This document shows positions 27,106 through 37,251 of a stretch of DNA of 54,663 nt, in pieces. Numbering within the stretch: position 1 is the first letter of the stretch; each line of letters opens with the position of its first letter. The position numbers were made by a program, and so were the translations under genes. This DNA is from Nitrososphaerota archaeon (GTDB taxonomy: Archaea; Thermoproteota; EX4484-205; JAAOZP01): contig JAAOZP010000008.1 of the NCBI GenBank assembly GCA_011605725.1, positions 1 to 54,663 of the forward strand, in the 5' to 3' direction. The notes under the pieces were generated by a model, which was not told the origin of the DNA, ran no database searches, and saw only the letters and a program-made list of their open reading frames with translations.

Positions 27106-27265
27106 GCGTGCACCACCCTTTAGAAAACTCGGTTAACATAACATGGTTATGATTCGTCTTTTAAGAGTAAAATCTGTAAAAAAACATTTAAAAATATGCA
27201 TAAGCATAAGGTTTAAGTATTGATTTCAATGGTTTAAGCAGGGGAATGGAGGTTAAGCGCTTCAA

Positions 27266-29059
27266 TTGCCAGGGGCTGAACGCGTAGATGCTTCCAGCAA
27301 TCCTCCCGGCGGGCTTTTTTCAAAATTTTTCAAGCATCCTGGAAGCCTCATTCCCCGTCTAGCCTATCTTACACTCTCCCTAAGCCTGGTTGCAGCATAT
27401 GTTTCAATAATGCATCTGGCTTCCCCCAGGATATTCTTCGCAGTTAAGCGTGTGAGCGTCTGGGAGTTTTTCAGGATGAGTTGGGAGCCCCTTCCCTTCC
27501 TCGGGGTAATCCTGACAATCCCCTTCCTAGTCTTGAGGGAGAGGAGGCTTGCCGCGGCTTCAATACTCGCCCTAGGCCTTATGCTCCCGTTTAACTACGA
27601 TGCTCGGATAGTAGTCTACTTATGCTGGCTCCTCCTCGTAATGCTTCTGACGCGGAGAAGCATTGATTTCAACGAGCTTCTCAGGATGCTCTCCGCCTCA
27701 ACGCTTTTCCTCACCCTGGTCATCATCATACACCTGGTTTCCTACCCTTTTCAACCGTTTGAAAACACGATTCTAAGCCTGTTGACGCTCAGCTGGGTGA
27801 GGCTGTACGCTACTCTCCAGCCTCTTGGAGCACTATGCTACGTTTTAACCCCTATAGGGGTTTTCATACCGCTCTATTTTCAAAAGCTGAGGAGCAGGAG
27901 CCTAGGGGCAAAGGTTAACACGGGGAAGAAGATTCTTCAAGGGATTTTCGGGGAGCGTGCTTCAAACATTCTTTTCCCCACGGCTCTTTTTCTCTCAATC
28001 TATCTTTCCGTCTACAGCTACCTGCCGAGGCTTAACCCTGAGCTTGCTCCAACCGGTGTCGACATACTGTCCTATGCTCAGAAGCTGGTTGAGATAAACA
28101 AGTCTAGAGACCCAGTCGGGTTCGCGTTCGCAAACTGTTCAGACAGGCCTCTCTTCTACCTTTCACTCCACGCTTTAAACAGGCTTACCGGGATGACTGT
28201 CATCCAGACTCTTGAAGCAGCCTCTGCAATATGGCTTACGGGCCTAGTGGCCTCATACTACTTTCTCTCTCTAAGTCTTTTCAACTCTAGAAGCATGGCT
28301 TCCCTGACGGCTCTCCTCGCAACCGCCGGGATCCAGGTTAGCGTAGGCCTATACTCCTCCTACCAGGCTAACATGGCTGCGCTCATAATGGTTAACATTC
28401 TTTCAGGAATAGTCCTATCCTGGAGGGAGGGTTTTCTGAAGAACATGCTGGTTTCAGCCCTCTCCTTCCTCGTGCCCATGTTTCACCCTTACACGGCAGT
28501 CCAGTATTTCGGGATGCTCAGCCTCACTCTTCTCTACGCCTTCTGGAGGAGCAGGAGCCTAAGCTTTTTGAAGACGCTTGCTTTAATTCTCTTCTCCGCG
28601 CTTCTCTCAAACGTTTTCACAAGCCTCATGGCGTATGGTCATGGTTCTCCACCGCTTACAAGCGCGGCGAACGTTGCAACCAGGCTCATCAGTCTCGACA
28701 GTCTTTTAAGGTTCACGGGGGAGACGCTGTTTCTCTTCACAACCCTTTACAGCAGCTTTATAGCGAACAGTGCTTACCTGGTTTTAACGCTTCACGGTTT
28801 AACCAGTCTTCTCAGGGTTGAAATGGAGGAGACGCGGAGGGTTTTCCTAACAGCCTCGTCGCTAACCCTCCTACCCCTGTACGCTATGGATGGCTTGACG
28901 GGTTCAAGGCTTTTCCTCAACCTTCCCTCCCCCGTTTTCTCAGCAGTAGGAGCATGCATGTTTAAGAACAGGAGCCTATCGGGGCTTCTCATAGTTCTCT
29001 CCCTATGCTTCAACCTTCAAGCAATGTGTAATCTTGGAGCGCTCACCGCCCCAGCCTAG
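27266..29059 (+). CDS. Multi-pass membrane protein, possibly GT-C fold
   Basis: >12 hydrophobic segments; loop PTGVDILSY...DRPLF and HPYT resemble archaeal GT-C-like proteins. Confidence 0.65.
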   Translation: MPGAERVDASSNPPGGLFSKFFKHPGSLIPRLAYLTLSLSLVAAYVSIMHLASPRIFFAVKRVSVWEFFRMSWEPLPFLGVILTIPFLVLRERRLAAASILALGLMLPFNYDARIVVYLCWLLLVMLLTRRSIDFNELLRMLSASTLFLTLVIIIHLVSYPFQPFENTILSLLTLSWVRLYATLQPLGALCYVLTPIGVFIPLYFQKLRSRSLGAKVNTGKKILQGIFGERASNILFPTALFLSIYLSVYSYLPRLNPELAPTGVDILSYAQKLVEINKSRDPVGFAFANCSDRPLFYLSLHALNRLTGMTVIQTLEAASAIWLTGLVASYYFLSLSLFNSRSMASLTALLATAGIQVSVGLYSSYQANMAALIMVNILSGIVLSWREGFLKNMLVSALSFLVPMFHPYTAVQYFGMLSLTLLYAFWRSRSLSFLKTLALILFSALLSNVFTSLMAYGHGSPPLTSAANVATRLISLDSLLRFTGETLFLFTTLYSSFIANSAYLVLTLHGLTSLLRVEMEETRRVFLTASSLTLLPLYAMDGLTGSRLFLNLPSPVFSAVGACMFKNRSLSGLLIVLSLCFNLQAMCNLGALTAPA

Positions 29060-29082
29060 CCCAGGCTTAAGGCTTAAAAAGA

Positions 29083-29565
29083 ATGACGGTAAGCTTGAAA
29101 ACAATGGGTCAGCCGGCTTCGCCAAGCCCCGGGGAGCGAGAGATAGTTATAGAGCTTACTCCGAAAAGGCTTTTCATACTTATTCTCCTAGCAATACCCC
29201 TTGTCCTCATCGCCTACGTCGGGTTTGAACTGTTCTCCGCCTACTATGGTCCCAGGAGCCTGAGCATAGAATTCTCGCTGGACAGGGAGACCTATAGGCC
29301 GGGTGACGAGGTTACTGTCAGGGTTAGCGTTGGCACCGGGGTTCTCGGCCGGCTGATAAGGATTCCCGCAGCAGGCGTTGCAGTAGCCATCGAGGTGAGG
29401 AACCCTGGCGGCGACGTTGTCTACGTGGACCAGGGTGAGACGAATGCTGCTGGAAACCTTGAGTTCAGGTTTAAAATATTGAGGGAGGCGGGTGCGGGAG
29501 AGTATAGCATCTACCTGGCTTGTACTGGTGGAAGCAGGTCTGGAGGCTTCAGGGTTGAGCCTTAA
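29083..29565 (+). CDS. Membrane-anchored Ig-like (MG2-type) protein
   Basis: One N-terminal TM, then LDRETYRPGDEVTV...VRNPGG...GEYSIY. Confidence 0.75.
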   Translation: MTVSLKTMGQPASPSPGEREIVIELTPKRLFILILLAIPLVLIAYVGFELFSAYYGPRSLSIEFSLDRETYRPGDEVTVRVSVGTGVLGRLIRIPAAGVAVAIEVRNPGGDVVYVDQGETNAAGNLEFRFKILREAGAGEYSIYLACTGGSRSGGFRVEP

Positions 29566-29685
29566 TCCACAGTTTTACTATGCTTATTAGGGGGTTGTAA
29601 ATAGAAGCTTGCAAATAGAAAAGCTTATATGCGGTTGATTAATAAACCATATATTTGTAAAATGTTGAGGGGATTAATGTTTGTT

Positions 29686-30144
29686 ATGAGGCAGAAGGCC
29701 CTGCCGATTCTCGCGATTCTCATGAGTCTTGCTCTGCTCTCTCCATGCTTCATGGCTTCAGCCCAGTCGAAACCGATAGCTATAATTACCGTCAGGACGC
29801 TGGACATGATGGGGAACGAGAGGACTTCTTTCGCCAGGGGCACAACCGTAGTTGTAGAGGTTACTATTCAATCTCAGGTTTACGCTTACGGGCCTCCTAC
29901 GGGATACTTGTTGATCGTCGAGATTTTCAACCCTCAGAACTACGTTGTTTTCATCGGTTTCATCACTGACGTTATTGACCCTGGTGCGACGAAGAAGGCT
30001 GGAAGCGGCTACCAGATACCTGCAGGAGCCTCAACCGGAACCTATACTGTGAGAATATTCGTCTGGAACGGCTGGCCTTCTCAAATGGGTCCTAATTGGG
30101 AAGCATTATCCGACCCTGGTGAAAAAACCTTCACAGTATCTTAG
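29686..30144 (+). CDS. Secreted single Ig-like domain protein
   Basis: Signal peptide MRQKALPILAILMSLALLSPCFMASA; SFARGTTV...IFNP...IPAGASTGTYTVRIFVW. ORF open from 29629. Confidence 0.75.
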   Translation: MRQKALPILAILMSLALLSPCFMASAQSKPIAIITVRTLDMMGNERTSFARGTTVVVEVTIQSQVYAYGPPTGYLLIVEIFNPQNYVVFIGFITDVIDPGATKKAGSGYQIPAGASTGTYTVRIFVWNGWPSQMGPNWEALSDPGEKTFTVS

Positions 30145-30161
30145 AACAATGGTGATGAGGC

Positions 30162-31475
30162 TTGAGTATTAAGAGTTTCTCGACATTTCTTCTCCTCTCG
30201 CTCCTCCTGCTCAGTATGCTTCTACGTGCAGGGGCAAGCCCGTCTATTACTGTCTCAACCGATAAGAGCACGTACTACAGGGGGGAGACTGTAAGCATAT
30301 CCATATCTAACGCTCCTGCGAACTGCGACCTAGGTGTTCAAATCGTTAACCCGGTTGGTGGAGTCGTCTTCGCATGGCAGCAAAGAACCAACAGCCAGGG
30401 GAGTGCCTCAGTCTCCTACCCTATTCCACCGGACGCGATCTACGGCACATACACTATTTACGTTTCTGGATGCGGAGACACGGGTAGCGGCACTTTCAGC
30501 GTCACTGAGGTTCCTCCACCGCCTCCTCCGCCTCCTCCTGGACCTCCTAAGGAGAGCACCTCCATGACTGTAAGCGTCGACAAGGAGGTGATTATGCTTG
30601 GCGAGAGTGTTTCGATAAGAAGTATTCTAAACCCTGGTCTCGACGTTACTGTTAGGCTGAGGTTTGCGTGTCCAAACGGGTCTGAGGTTTCAGTAAGCGT
30701 TTCAATGCTCTACGGGGTTTTCACCTATGTTTTCAAGCCTGATGCTCCGGGCTACTGGAGGATATGGGTCACGTGGGAGGGTAATGCTCAGTATGAGGGC
30801 TGCGTGAGCAACACTGTCGGGGTAGTTGTCAGAACCCCTGTCTCCCTCCGTGTGATCGCAGCTCCCTCCATCGTCGGTGTTGGCGGAGCAATAGTGGTCT
30901 ATGCTGACACTAACCCGCCTCTGAAACATAAGCCTCTATTAATCTCATACTTTTCAAACAGGACGAGGGTTTGGAGAACAATAGGAGTTTTCGAAACAAG
31001 CTCTGAAGGGTTTATCGCGTGCGTCTTCACCCCGAGCGAAACCGGTGAATACGTGTTTAAGGCTGAATGGGTCGGGGACCCGGCTTACATGCCTGCTTCA
31101 GCAAACTCCTCCAGGGTTCTTGTTACTGCGGAGCCTGTGTCTGCCGAGGATATTATCAGTATGCTAAGCCGGCTGAGAGAGCTGCAGAGGCTGCTTGAGG
31201 AAAAGGAGAAGGAGCTTGAGGCCAGCAGGAGCACGATAACAGGTTTGCAGAAGAGCATCGCGGAGCTTCAAGCAGGTTTAAGCAGCGCCCAGTCTAGGAT
31301 TTCAAGCCTTGAGAAGCAGCTTGCTGAAACAGAGTCGAAGGTTTCGGAGGCTGAGTCTCGGGCACAGTTCACCACTATACTCGGCCTCTTGCCAGGACTG
31401 CTTATCGGCCTGATACTTGGATACTTACTGTTCAAGAGGCGTTCCAAGAGTAGTTTCCCGCTTCCGCCTGAATGA
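30162..31475 (+). CDS. Cell-surface protein: signal peptide, MG2/Ig-like domains, polyproline linker, coiled-coil stalk, C-terminal TM anchor
   Basis: TDKSTYYRGETV, PPPPPPPPPGPP, Ig repeats (PGYWRIWVTWEG, GEYVFKAEWVGD), heptad-rich 31170-31360, GLLIGLILGYLLFKRR. Confidence 0.85.
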   Translation: MSIKSFSTFLLLSLLLLSMLLRAGASPSITVSTDKSTYYRGETVSISISNAPANCDLGVQIVNPVGGVVFAWQQRTNSQGSASVSYPIPPDAIYGTYTIYVSGCGDTGSGTFSVTEVPPPPPPPPPGPPKESTSMTVSVDKEVIMLGESVSIRSILNPGLDVTVRLRFACPNGSEVSVSVSMLYGVFTYVFKPDAPGYWRIWVTWEGNAQYEGCVSNTVGVVVRTPVSLRVIAAPSIVGVGGAIVVYADTNPPLKHKPLLISYFSNRTRVWRTIGVFETSSEGFIACVFTPSETGEYVFKAEWVGDPAYMPASANSSRVLVTAEPVSAEDIISMLSRLRELQRLLEEKEKELEASRSTITGLQKSIAELQAGLSSAQSRISSLEKQLAETESKVSEAESRAQFTTILGLLPGLLIGLILGYLLFKRRSKSSFPLPPE

Positions 31476-31572
31476 CTCTGAACGCGGAAAAACGCTTTAC
31501 GCTTCGAATACTGTAGTGGCCAATCCGGTTTTTCTCAGCAGCAGAATATTCTTGAAAACACGACAGTAAGAC

Positions 31573-31578
31573 TTATAT
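31573..31578 (+). promoter_or_regulatory. TATA box for 31605-31883
   Basis: TTATAT ~27 nt upstream of ATG, preceded by a purine-rich BRE-like stretch. Confidence 0.5.
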
Positions 31579-31604
31579 TTTTCAGCAACAGCCTTATTCA
31601 AACC

Positions 31605-31883
31605 ATGAATAAGGATCAGGGTATTGGGGCAGTGTTGCTGCTTGCATCCATAGTTGGAGTAATACTTTACTTCTGGCTCGTATTCCTCTCGCCATGGTGG
31701 ACAGTGATTCTTCAGCTCACTGCCTTCGTCGCAGTCGGCTTCGTGCTCTTCATACTTGGCTGGATAGGCTATACTCTGGCAACTACTCCGCCGCCTAAGC
31801 CTATTGAAGAGATTGAGAAGGAGATAGAGCAGGAGAGTAAGGAGACTAAGGAGGAGACTCCGCCGCCCCCACCATCCTCGTAA
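31605..31883 (+). CDS. Small two-TM archaeal membrane protein with an acidic/proline tail
   Basis: MNKDQGIG...LGWIGYTLATTPPPKPIEEIEKE, a family I recognise from Thermoproteota. Confidence 0.85.
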   Translation: MNKDQGIGAVLLLASIVGVILYFWLVFLSPWWTVILQLTAFVAVGFVLFILGWIGYTLATTPPPKPIEEIEKEIEQESKETKEETPPPPPSS

Positions 31884-31904
31884 GCAGCTGGTTAAGGAGG
31901 ACTC

Positions 31905-32100
31905 GTGCAGGCTGGAGACACTGTTAAACAGGATGCGGCCGTAAGGATCACTTTGAAAAATGTTTTTCTCGCCTCCTTCTCTATTGCTCTCCTCTTCCTG
32001 CTCGCCGTCTTCATCCTCGAGTTTTCAAGCCTAGGCTGAGTGTTACAACTATTCTTCTGCCTAACAAATACTGTCATGATGTCTGGTAGGCTTATCTGTA
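31905..32100 (+). pseudogene. Membrane-protein remnant
   Basis: GGAGG SD and GTG 31905, one TM segment, in-frame TGA 32037, frame continues up to GCGCGC tracts at 32101 and 32156. Confidence 0.4.
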
Positions 32101-32226
32101 GCGCGCGTCTGGAGTGGTGTTGTGAGAACGTTTGCAGATGGTTCTTCAAAAGCGTGCGCGCCGGTGAGTTGAATTTTAACCCTATGCTCAGACAGTATCT
32201 TCACGAGTTTTCAGACTGGGAAGAGA

Positions 32227-32520
32227 CTAGCTTCCCTCCCTGTTTCCACCTTTTTTCCCAGGCTCCTCCTTCCCCTCCTCCTTCTCAGGCTTCGGCTTCG
32301 CAGTCATCATAGAGTATCCTATCCAGGCGGCTAAACTGAGAACAAGCGCCACCATTATGAAAACTGTTACCTGCAGGGTTGGAACCGGGTAGCAGTAAAC
32401 CATTATCCCGTAAGCGATAATCCCCTCCAGGGCTGCGAGGAATACTGCTGCCCCGATGACCCGACGCTTATTCACGGCCACCCCTCCTCTCCAGGTTTCC
32501 CGGCGAACCGTGTTCAGCAA
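32227..32520 (-). CDS. Small two-TM membrane protein, paralog of 31605-31883
   Basis: NKRRVIGAAVFLAAL.GII.Y...LQVTVFI.V..VL...AWIGYSMMTAKPKP aligns with the 31605 protein; true start is probably ~32475-32481. Confidence 0.75.
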   Translation of the reverse strand: MLNTVRRETWRGGVAVNKRRVIGAAVFLAALEGIIAYGIMVYCYPVPTLQVTVFIMVALVLSLAAWIGYSMMTAKPKPEKEEGKEEPGKKGGNREGS

Positions 32521-32794
32521 GCCCTAGACGGGATTCAGCCTGTTTTAAACACTTCTTCTCTCCAGGGTTTTCCATGCGCATTGCTCACTTTTCCGCGGAA
32601 TGGGGAAAATATAAGGCTATTATTGAAAAACATTTGATTTTTTAGAATAATGATTGCAATAAGGCTTGGAAAATTGTTCTGAAAAGTTTAGAATTGTTTT
32701 AAACTGTTCATCAAGACTGTTCACGCCTTTTTTAAAGCATTTCAGGAAGCCTTTAGCAATAAAACGGGAATCCTAAGGGCTGTTTGAAGAGCCT

Positions 32795-35755
32795 TCAGAA
32801 GCCGAGTTCAACCGTCATCCTTCTGGCAACATAGTAGGGGAGAACCTGGATGCTTGGGTTTTCAACAGGCTTCCCATGGTTTTCAACAGCAATCGCGAGA
32901 ACGTTCTCACTCTTCAGGAAGGGTTCAGGCATGTAGAAGTCTGTCTGCGGGCCTTTCTCCATATACCTGCCTATAAGCTCGCCGTTCAAGAATATTTTAC
33001 ACTTCAACCCGATGTTTCTCAGCCTAAGCATGAGCGGGGAAACAGTGTTCTCCTCAACCTTGTTTCTGAAAATTCTCCTCAGCCAAACTACGCCCTGTTT
33101 TTTCAAAGCCTCGCTCAGGCTGCTCACACTCCACTTCGAGTCTTCAAAACCAGGTTTAAACCAGCCCTCCCTCTCCCCGATTAAGCCCTGTGAAACCCTC
33201 CAGCCTTCTTCGAGAGCAGCATCATACATTCTTAGACAAGGGTCTCTCCAAGCCTTAGCATCCGGAAAATTCTCCAGGATTATGATGAACTCGTTAACCC
33301 CGGGCTTCACTAGGCGAGTCACGTCTACACCTATGCTCCCCTCGTCCGCGTAGACTGTTTCAACATGCTTCCCGTTAACCATTATGATTAGCCTGCCCCA
33401 GGACGGGAGGCCGCTTGGAATAACTAGACAGGTTTTCCTAAGCTTCTCCGGAAGCTCAGCAACGTATTTCAGAATCATTAGCCCCCTTCCGCCTGAGGGC
33501 TCCTCACCGCTCTCAAGCTCCCTCCATTCTCCTGTGAAAACCTCTTCCGGAAGAACTTCGAGAGGCCTGTTTAGAAGCCTAGCGTAATCCATGCTCGCGG
33601 CAACGCCTGGTTTCAGAAGGCTTTCAAACGTTAAAAACTTGAACAATGGTTTTCTCAAAGGCAGCTCCTCCTCCCTCCCTATGTAGACAGGCTGGTTAAG
33701 CCCGTTGGCCAGCGGTATTAGGCCGTCGTTCCTGTGCCCGGTTGACTCGACGAGGAGAAGCAGCTCGTTAACCCCGGTTTTTAAAACGCTCCTGTCTGCT
33801 TCAAGCCTAAGCGTGTGCTCAGCGTGTCCAACCGGTTTTCCGTTTAGAAAAACAGTAACATAGTCGTTAACCCTAGGTATGAAGAGAACAGTCTTCTCCT
33901 CCCCCGGCTTAACCGTGAAGCTGTTTAAATACCATACGTGGCCGTTTCCAGTGATGCCGAGTGCTTCAGGCGGGGTTAGCCTACCTGTTTCAACCCATTT
34001 TCCACGCTTCACTTCCTCAAGGTTTTCAACCATGATTCTCCAGTCCTCGTTGAGGCTCGCAGCCTCCTCTTTGAAAACCTCCTCAGGCAGTGTGAAGGAG
34101 TAGACCCATTTCTCCCCGTCGTACATGCCTGAGACACGCCTACCGTTAACCTCAATCCTCCTCGGCCTCCAGGGGACTATTATTGAAACCCGTTTATCAT
34201 CGTTCCTCCCAACCTCTATGCTCATTCTGAGAACACTGCTGTCTGAAGAGTATTCTCTTAGAAGGGTGAAGCCCGAGACGACCGCTATCTTCTTCCCCCA
34301 GTGCTCCGTGAACCATGTTCTAGCGGCACGCCGCCTGCTTAAAGCTAGGACGACGAGCCTCGGGGGAGCTTCTCCAACTATCTTAACATAGTCCTCCTCA
34401 GATATTTTGAAGCTGACGGTCTCCCTGGTTCCGTTTGAAGAATGGGTCAGAGTTGCCTCATGCTGCTCACCCGGCTCACCGTAGAGGATGAGTATTGTCC
34501 TACCGTTAAGATCGTAAGAGTAGAAAACCTGGCATGTTGAAAACTCTAGAGTCCAGCCGTTGGGCAGCTTAACGTTTAAAGGAAGTATTAAAGCCTTCCT
34601 AGCGCCTAGGGAAACCCTCTTTACACCAATGTTTTTCAAGCGGAGCTCCGTTTCAACAGGCTGAGTATTCATGTTTGAAACAAGGATGAATGCTTCACCA
34701 TTCCTTGTTCTCGCGGAGACTCTTACACCCGGAGCGTCGCATTCAACCAGAGTCTTGTCGACAGTTGAGGATGCGAAAAACTCGTTGAAACATTCTAACA
34801 GTCCCCCCGTGAGCCTTATCACCCAGTATCTTTCACCCAGCTCACCCCATTCTCTAACAGCAGCCTGGTAATCGTAGGTTGACGCAATCTTCTTCCCAGT
34901 CCAGTATCCGAAGTTAGTGCCGCCGTGAAACATGTAGAAGCTTACGAGGCTGAAGCCTTCGAAAACCATTGTTTTAAGAAGCATGTCTGTCCATTCAGCG
35001 GGAATATCACCCCTATCCGTGGGAAGCCTTCCGCCGAAAGACGTGAACCATCCTCCTTCAAACTCCATTATCATCCTAGGCTTATCCGGCTGTTCAGCAG
35101 AGAGGCTTGCAGCCTCGTTTAAAGGCCAGTCGAGCACCCAAGGATCCGGATAAATATCTATCGAGTCTATAACCTGCGTGCCCCTTAGGAACCTGTCAAC
35201 ATTGTGGACAACCGGTATGTCCACCCCCCTTTCCCTCGCAGCCTCGTAAAGCTTCAACAAGTATGGAACATTACCCCAGAAATACTCGTTTTCAATCTGG
35301 AGGAGTATCACGCTTCCGCCTCTCGTAGCCAGGTGCCTCCTTATCTCTGGGATAACATGGTCGTAGTAGCGTAGAGCATGCTTCATGAAACCCTCGTCCA
35401 GGGACCTGGGCACAATGCCCCTGCCAACCAGCCAGCCTGGGAGACCTCCGAAATCCCACTCCGAGCATATGTATGGCCCGGGCCTAGCTATCACGAGCAG
35501 CCCATGCTTCTCGCAAAGCCTTAGAAACTCGTCTACATCCCTCCAGCCTGAGAAGTCGAAGCAGCCCTCCTCCTTCTCATGCCAGTTCCAAGCGAAGTAT
35601 ATTGTTGCAGAGTTTAGGAAAGCCCTCTTCATCTTTATGATCCTGTCCTCCCAGAGTCCTCTGGGGACTCTGAAGTAGTGTATCTCGCCGCTGTAGATGA
35701 AGACTGGCTTACCGTTAATCCTTAGCGACTTATCGTCGAAGTCTACAATACTCAT
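32795..35755 (-). CDS. Glycoside hydrolase family 35 beta-galactosidase-like protein with C-terminal jelly-roll domains
   Basis: SGEIHYFR, WNWHE, RPGPYICSEW..GGLPGWL, QIENEY, EFEGGWF, YMFHGGTNFG, STYDY. Confidence 0.93.
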   Translation of the reverse strand: MSIVDFDDKSLRINGKPVFIYSGEIHYFRVPRGLWEDRIIKMKRAFLNSATIYFAWNWHEKEEGCFDFSGWRDVDEFLRLCEKHGLLVIARPGPYICSEWDFGGLPGWLVGRGIVPRSLDEGFMKHALRYYDHVIPEIRRHLATRGGSVILLQIENEYFWGNVPYLLKLYEAARERGVDIPVVHNVDRFLRGTQVIDSIDIYPDPWVLDWPLNEAASLSAEQPDKPRMIMEFEGGWFTSFGGRLPTDRGDIPAEWTDMLLKTMVFEGFSLVSFYMFHGGTNFGYWTGKKIASTYDYQAAVREWGELGERYWVIRLTGGLLECFNEFFASSTVDKTLVECDAPGVRVSARTRNGEAFILVSNMNTQPVETELRLKNIGVKRVSLGARKALILPLNVKLPNGWTLEFSTCQVFYSYDLNGRTILILYGEPGEQHEATLTHSSNGTRETVSFKISEEDYVKIVGEAPPRLVVLALSRRRAARTWFTEHWGKKIAVVSGFTLLREYSSDSSVLRMSIEVGRNDDKRVSIIVPWRPRRIEVNGRRVSGMYDGEKWVYSFTLPEEVFKEEAASLNEDWRIMVENLEEVKRGKWVETGRLTPPEALGITGNGHVWYLNSFTVKPGEEKTVLFIPRVNDYVTVFLNGKPVGHAEHTLRLEADRSVLKTGVNELLLLVESTGHRNDGLIPLANGLNQPVYIGREEELPLRKPLFKFLTFESLLKPGVAASMDYARLLNRPLEVLPEEVFTGEWRELESGEEPSGGRGLMILKYVAELPEKLRKTCLVIPSGLPSWGRLIIMVNGKHVETVYADEGSIGVDVTRLVKPGVNEFIIILENFPDAKAWRDPCLRMYDAALEEGWRVSQGLIGEREGWFKPGFEDSKWSVSSLSEALKKQGVVWLRRIFRNKVEENTVSPLMLRLRNIGLKCKIFLNGELIGRYMEKGPQTDFYMPEPFLKSENVLAIAVENHGKPVENPSIQVLPYYVARRMTVELGF

Positions 35756-35932
35756 TTCAACACACCTTTTTCAAGCAGGCTACTCGTGTCCCCGGCCGAC
35801 TCACACTCTGAGCCTTTTTTGAAACACTTGTCTCTCCATGCTTCAACAGGCATCATGAACTATGCGTGCACGGTGAAGATTTAAGCTTAATTTCTAAGGC
35901 TTAACAGCCTGCTTTAAAGCTGACGGAAGCTT

Positions 35933-37009
35933 TTAAGGCGGCACTAGGACAACCTTTATCGCTCCCTCAAGACCCTTCTCACTGTATTCGAAGGCTTTCC
36001 TGAATTCTGAAAGCGGGAACACGTGTGTCACAATCCTGTCAACCCTAACCTTTCCAGCCCGGATGTATTCTATCGCGAGAGGATAACAGTATGGCCCGAG
36101 ATGGGAACCGTATATGTCGAGCTCCTTCCTATCCCCTATTATAGACCAGTCTACGGTGGCCGGCTCCCTGAAAACGCCGAAGACAACCATTCTCCCAAGC
36201 TTCCTAAGCATCTCCAACCCTTGGGTTACAGCCTCAGGATAGCCTGTGGCCTCAATGTAGACGTCGCACCCGTATCCCCCGGTTAATCCTTTAACAGTTT
36301 TAACAGCATCCTCCCTCGCAACGTTGATAACAATGTCTGCACCAAGTCTTTCAGCAAGGTCAAGCCTCCTGTCCCTAGTGTCCAGCGCCACCAGTTTCCC
36401 AGGGTTCTTCATCCTGGCTACTTGAAGCATGCAGAGCCCAAGCGGCCCCATTCCAGCTATGACGACGAAGTCTCCAAGCTCAATCCTAGCCCTCTGGACA
36501 GCGTGAATAGCGCAGCTTAACGGTTCAATCATGACGGCATGCTCATCCGGGATCTCGCTTGGAACCCTGTGCACTATAGACCCGTACGGGTACTTCATGT
36601 ACTCTGCGAAACCGCCGTCGTCAACACCACCCTGGAAGCCGAAAACATAGTTTCTCTCGCACATCCAGTACTGCCCGCTCCGGCAGAAACGGCAGCTTCT
36701 ACACGGGAATATTTGCTCCGCAATAGCCTTGTCCCCGATTTTGACTCCAAGCTCCTCCGCGCCTACACCCAGCTCGACGACAGTGCCTATGAACTCGTGT
36801 CCAGGAATAACTGGAGGCTTAACATACGGCTTCTCGCCTCCCCATAAAGAGGGAGCGCCATGGTAACACTTCAAGTCGCTCGCGCAAACACCGCACGCTC
36901 CCACCTCCACGAGAATCTCCCCCGGCCCAGGCTCAGGAGTATCCACGTATTGAAGCCTATAGTCTCCTGGTCCGTGGCATACAACCGCCTGCATCCTCTT
37001 AGGAGCCAT
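35933..37009 (-). CDS. Zinc-dependent polyol/alcohol dehydrogenase (erythritol/threitol dehydrogenase-like)
   Basis: CGVCASD, GHEFIG, C..C..C.......C Zn site, EPLSCAIH, GMGPLG. Confidence 0.9.
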   Translation of the reverse strand: MAPKRMQAVVCHGPGDYRLQYVDTPEPGPGEILVEVGACGVCASDLKCYHGAPSLWGGEKPYVKPPVIPGHEFIGTVVELGVGAEELGVKIGDKAIAEQIFPCRSCRFCRSGQYWMCERNYVFGFQGGVDDGGFAEYMKYPYGSIVHRVPSEIPDEHAVMIEPLSCAIHAVQRARIELGDFVVIAGMGPLGLCMLQVARMKNPGKLVALDTRDRRLDLAERLGADIVINVAREDAVKTVKGLTGGYGCDVYIEATGYPEAVTQGLEMLRKLGRMVVFGVFREPATVDWSIIGDRKELDIYGSHLGPYCYPLAIEYIRAGKVRVDRIVTHVFPLSEFRKAFEYSEKGLEGAIKVVLVPP

Positions 37010-37251
37010 AAGTATGGGCTGTCTCCAGCCAATATATTTCTTACTCTTCAGGGTTGAGTAAGTACTCGGAGGCCGCTAAGCCTTTTCTCCTTGGACGCGG
37101 CGGTAACGCTGTCCCCATGATCCAGCGCGCTGAGAACCCGGGCCACGTGGCGACCATGGATTTCGGCAAGCATGTTCTTTTCAAAGAGGCAACTGGGTTC
37201 TTCAACCCTCTAATACTGGGGAAGAGTTAAACGCTGAAAAGCTTTAAGAGG

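Noticed and set aside
30512-30548. CCT/CCG-rich repeat
   Set aside because: Encodes the polyproline linker of the surface protein; not an independent DNA element.
32037-32039. In-frame TGA (also 24067-24069) as selenocysteine or read-through
   Set aside because: Both lie in fragments also broken by deletions, with no Cys-homologous context; nonsense mutation is simpler.
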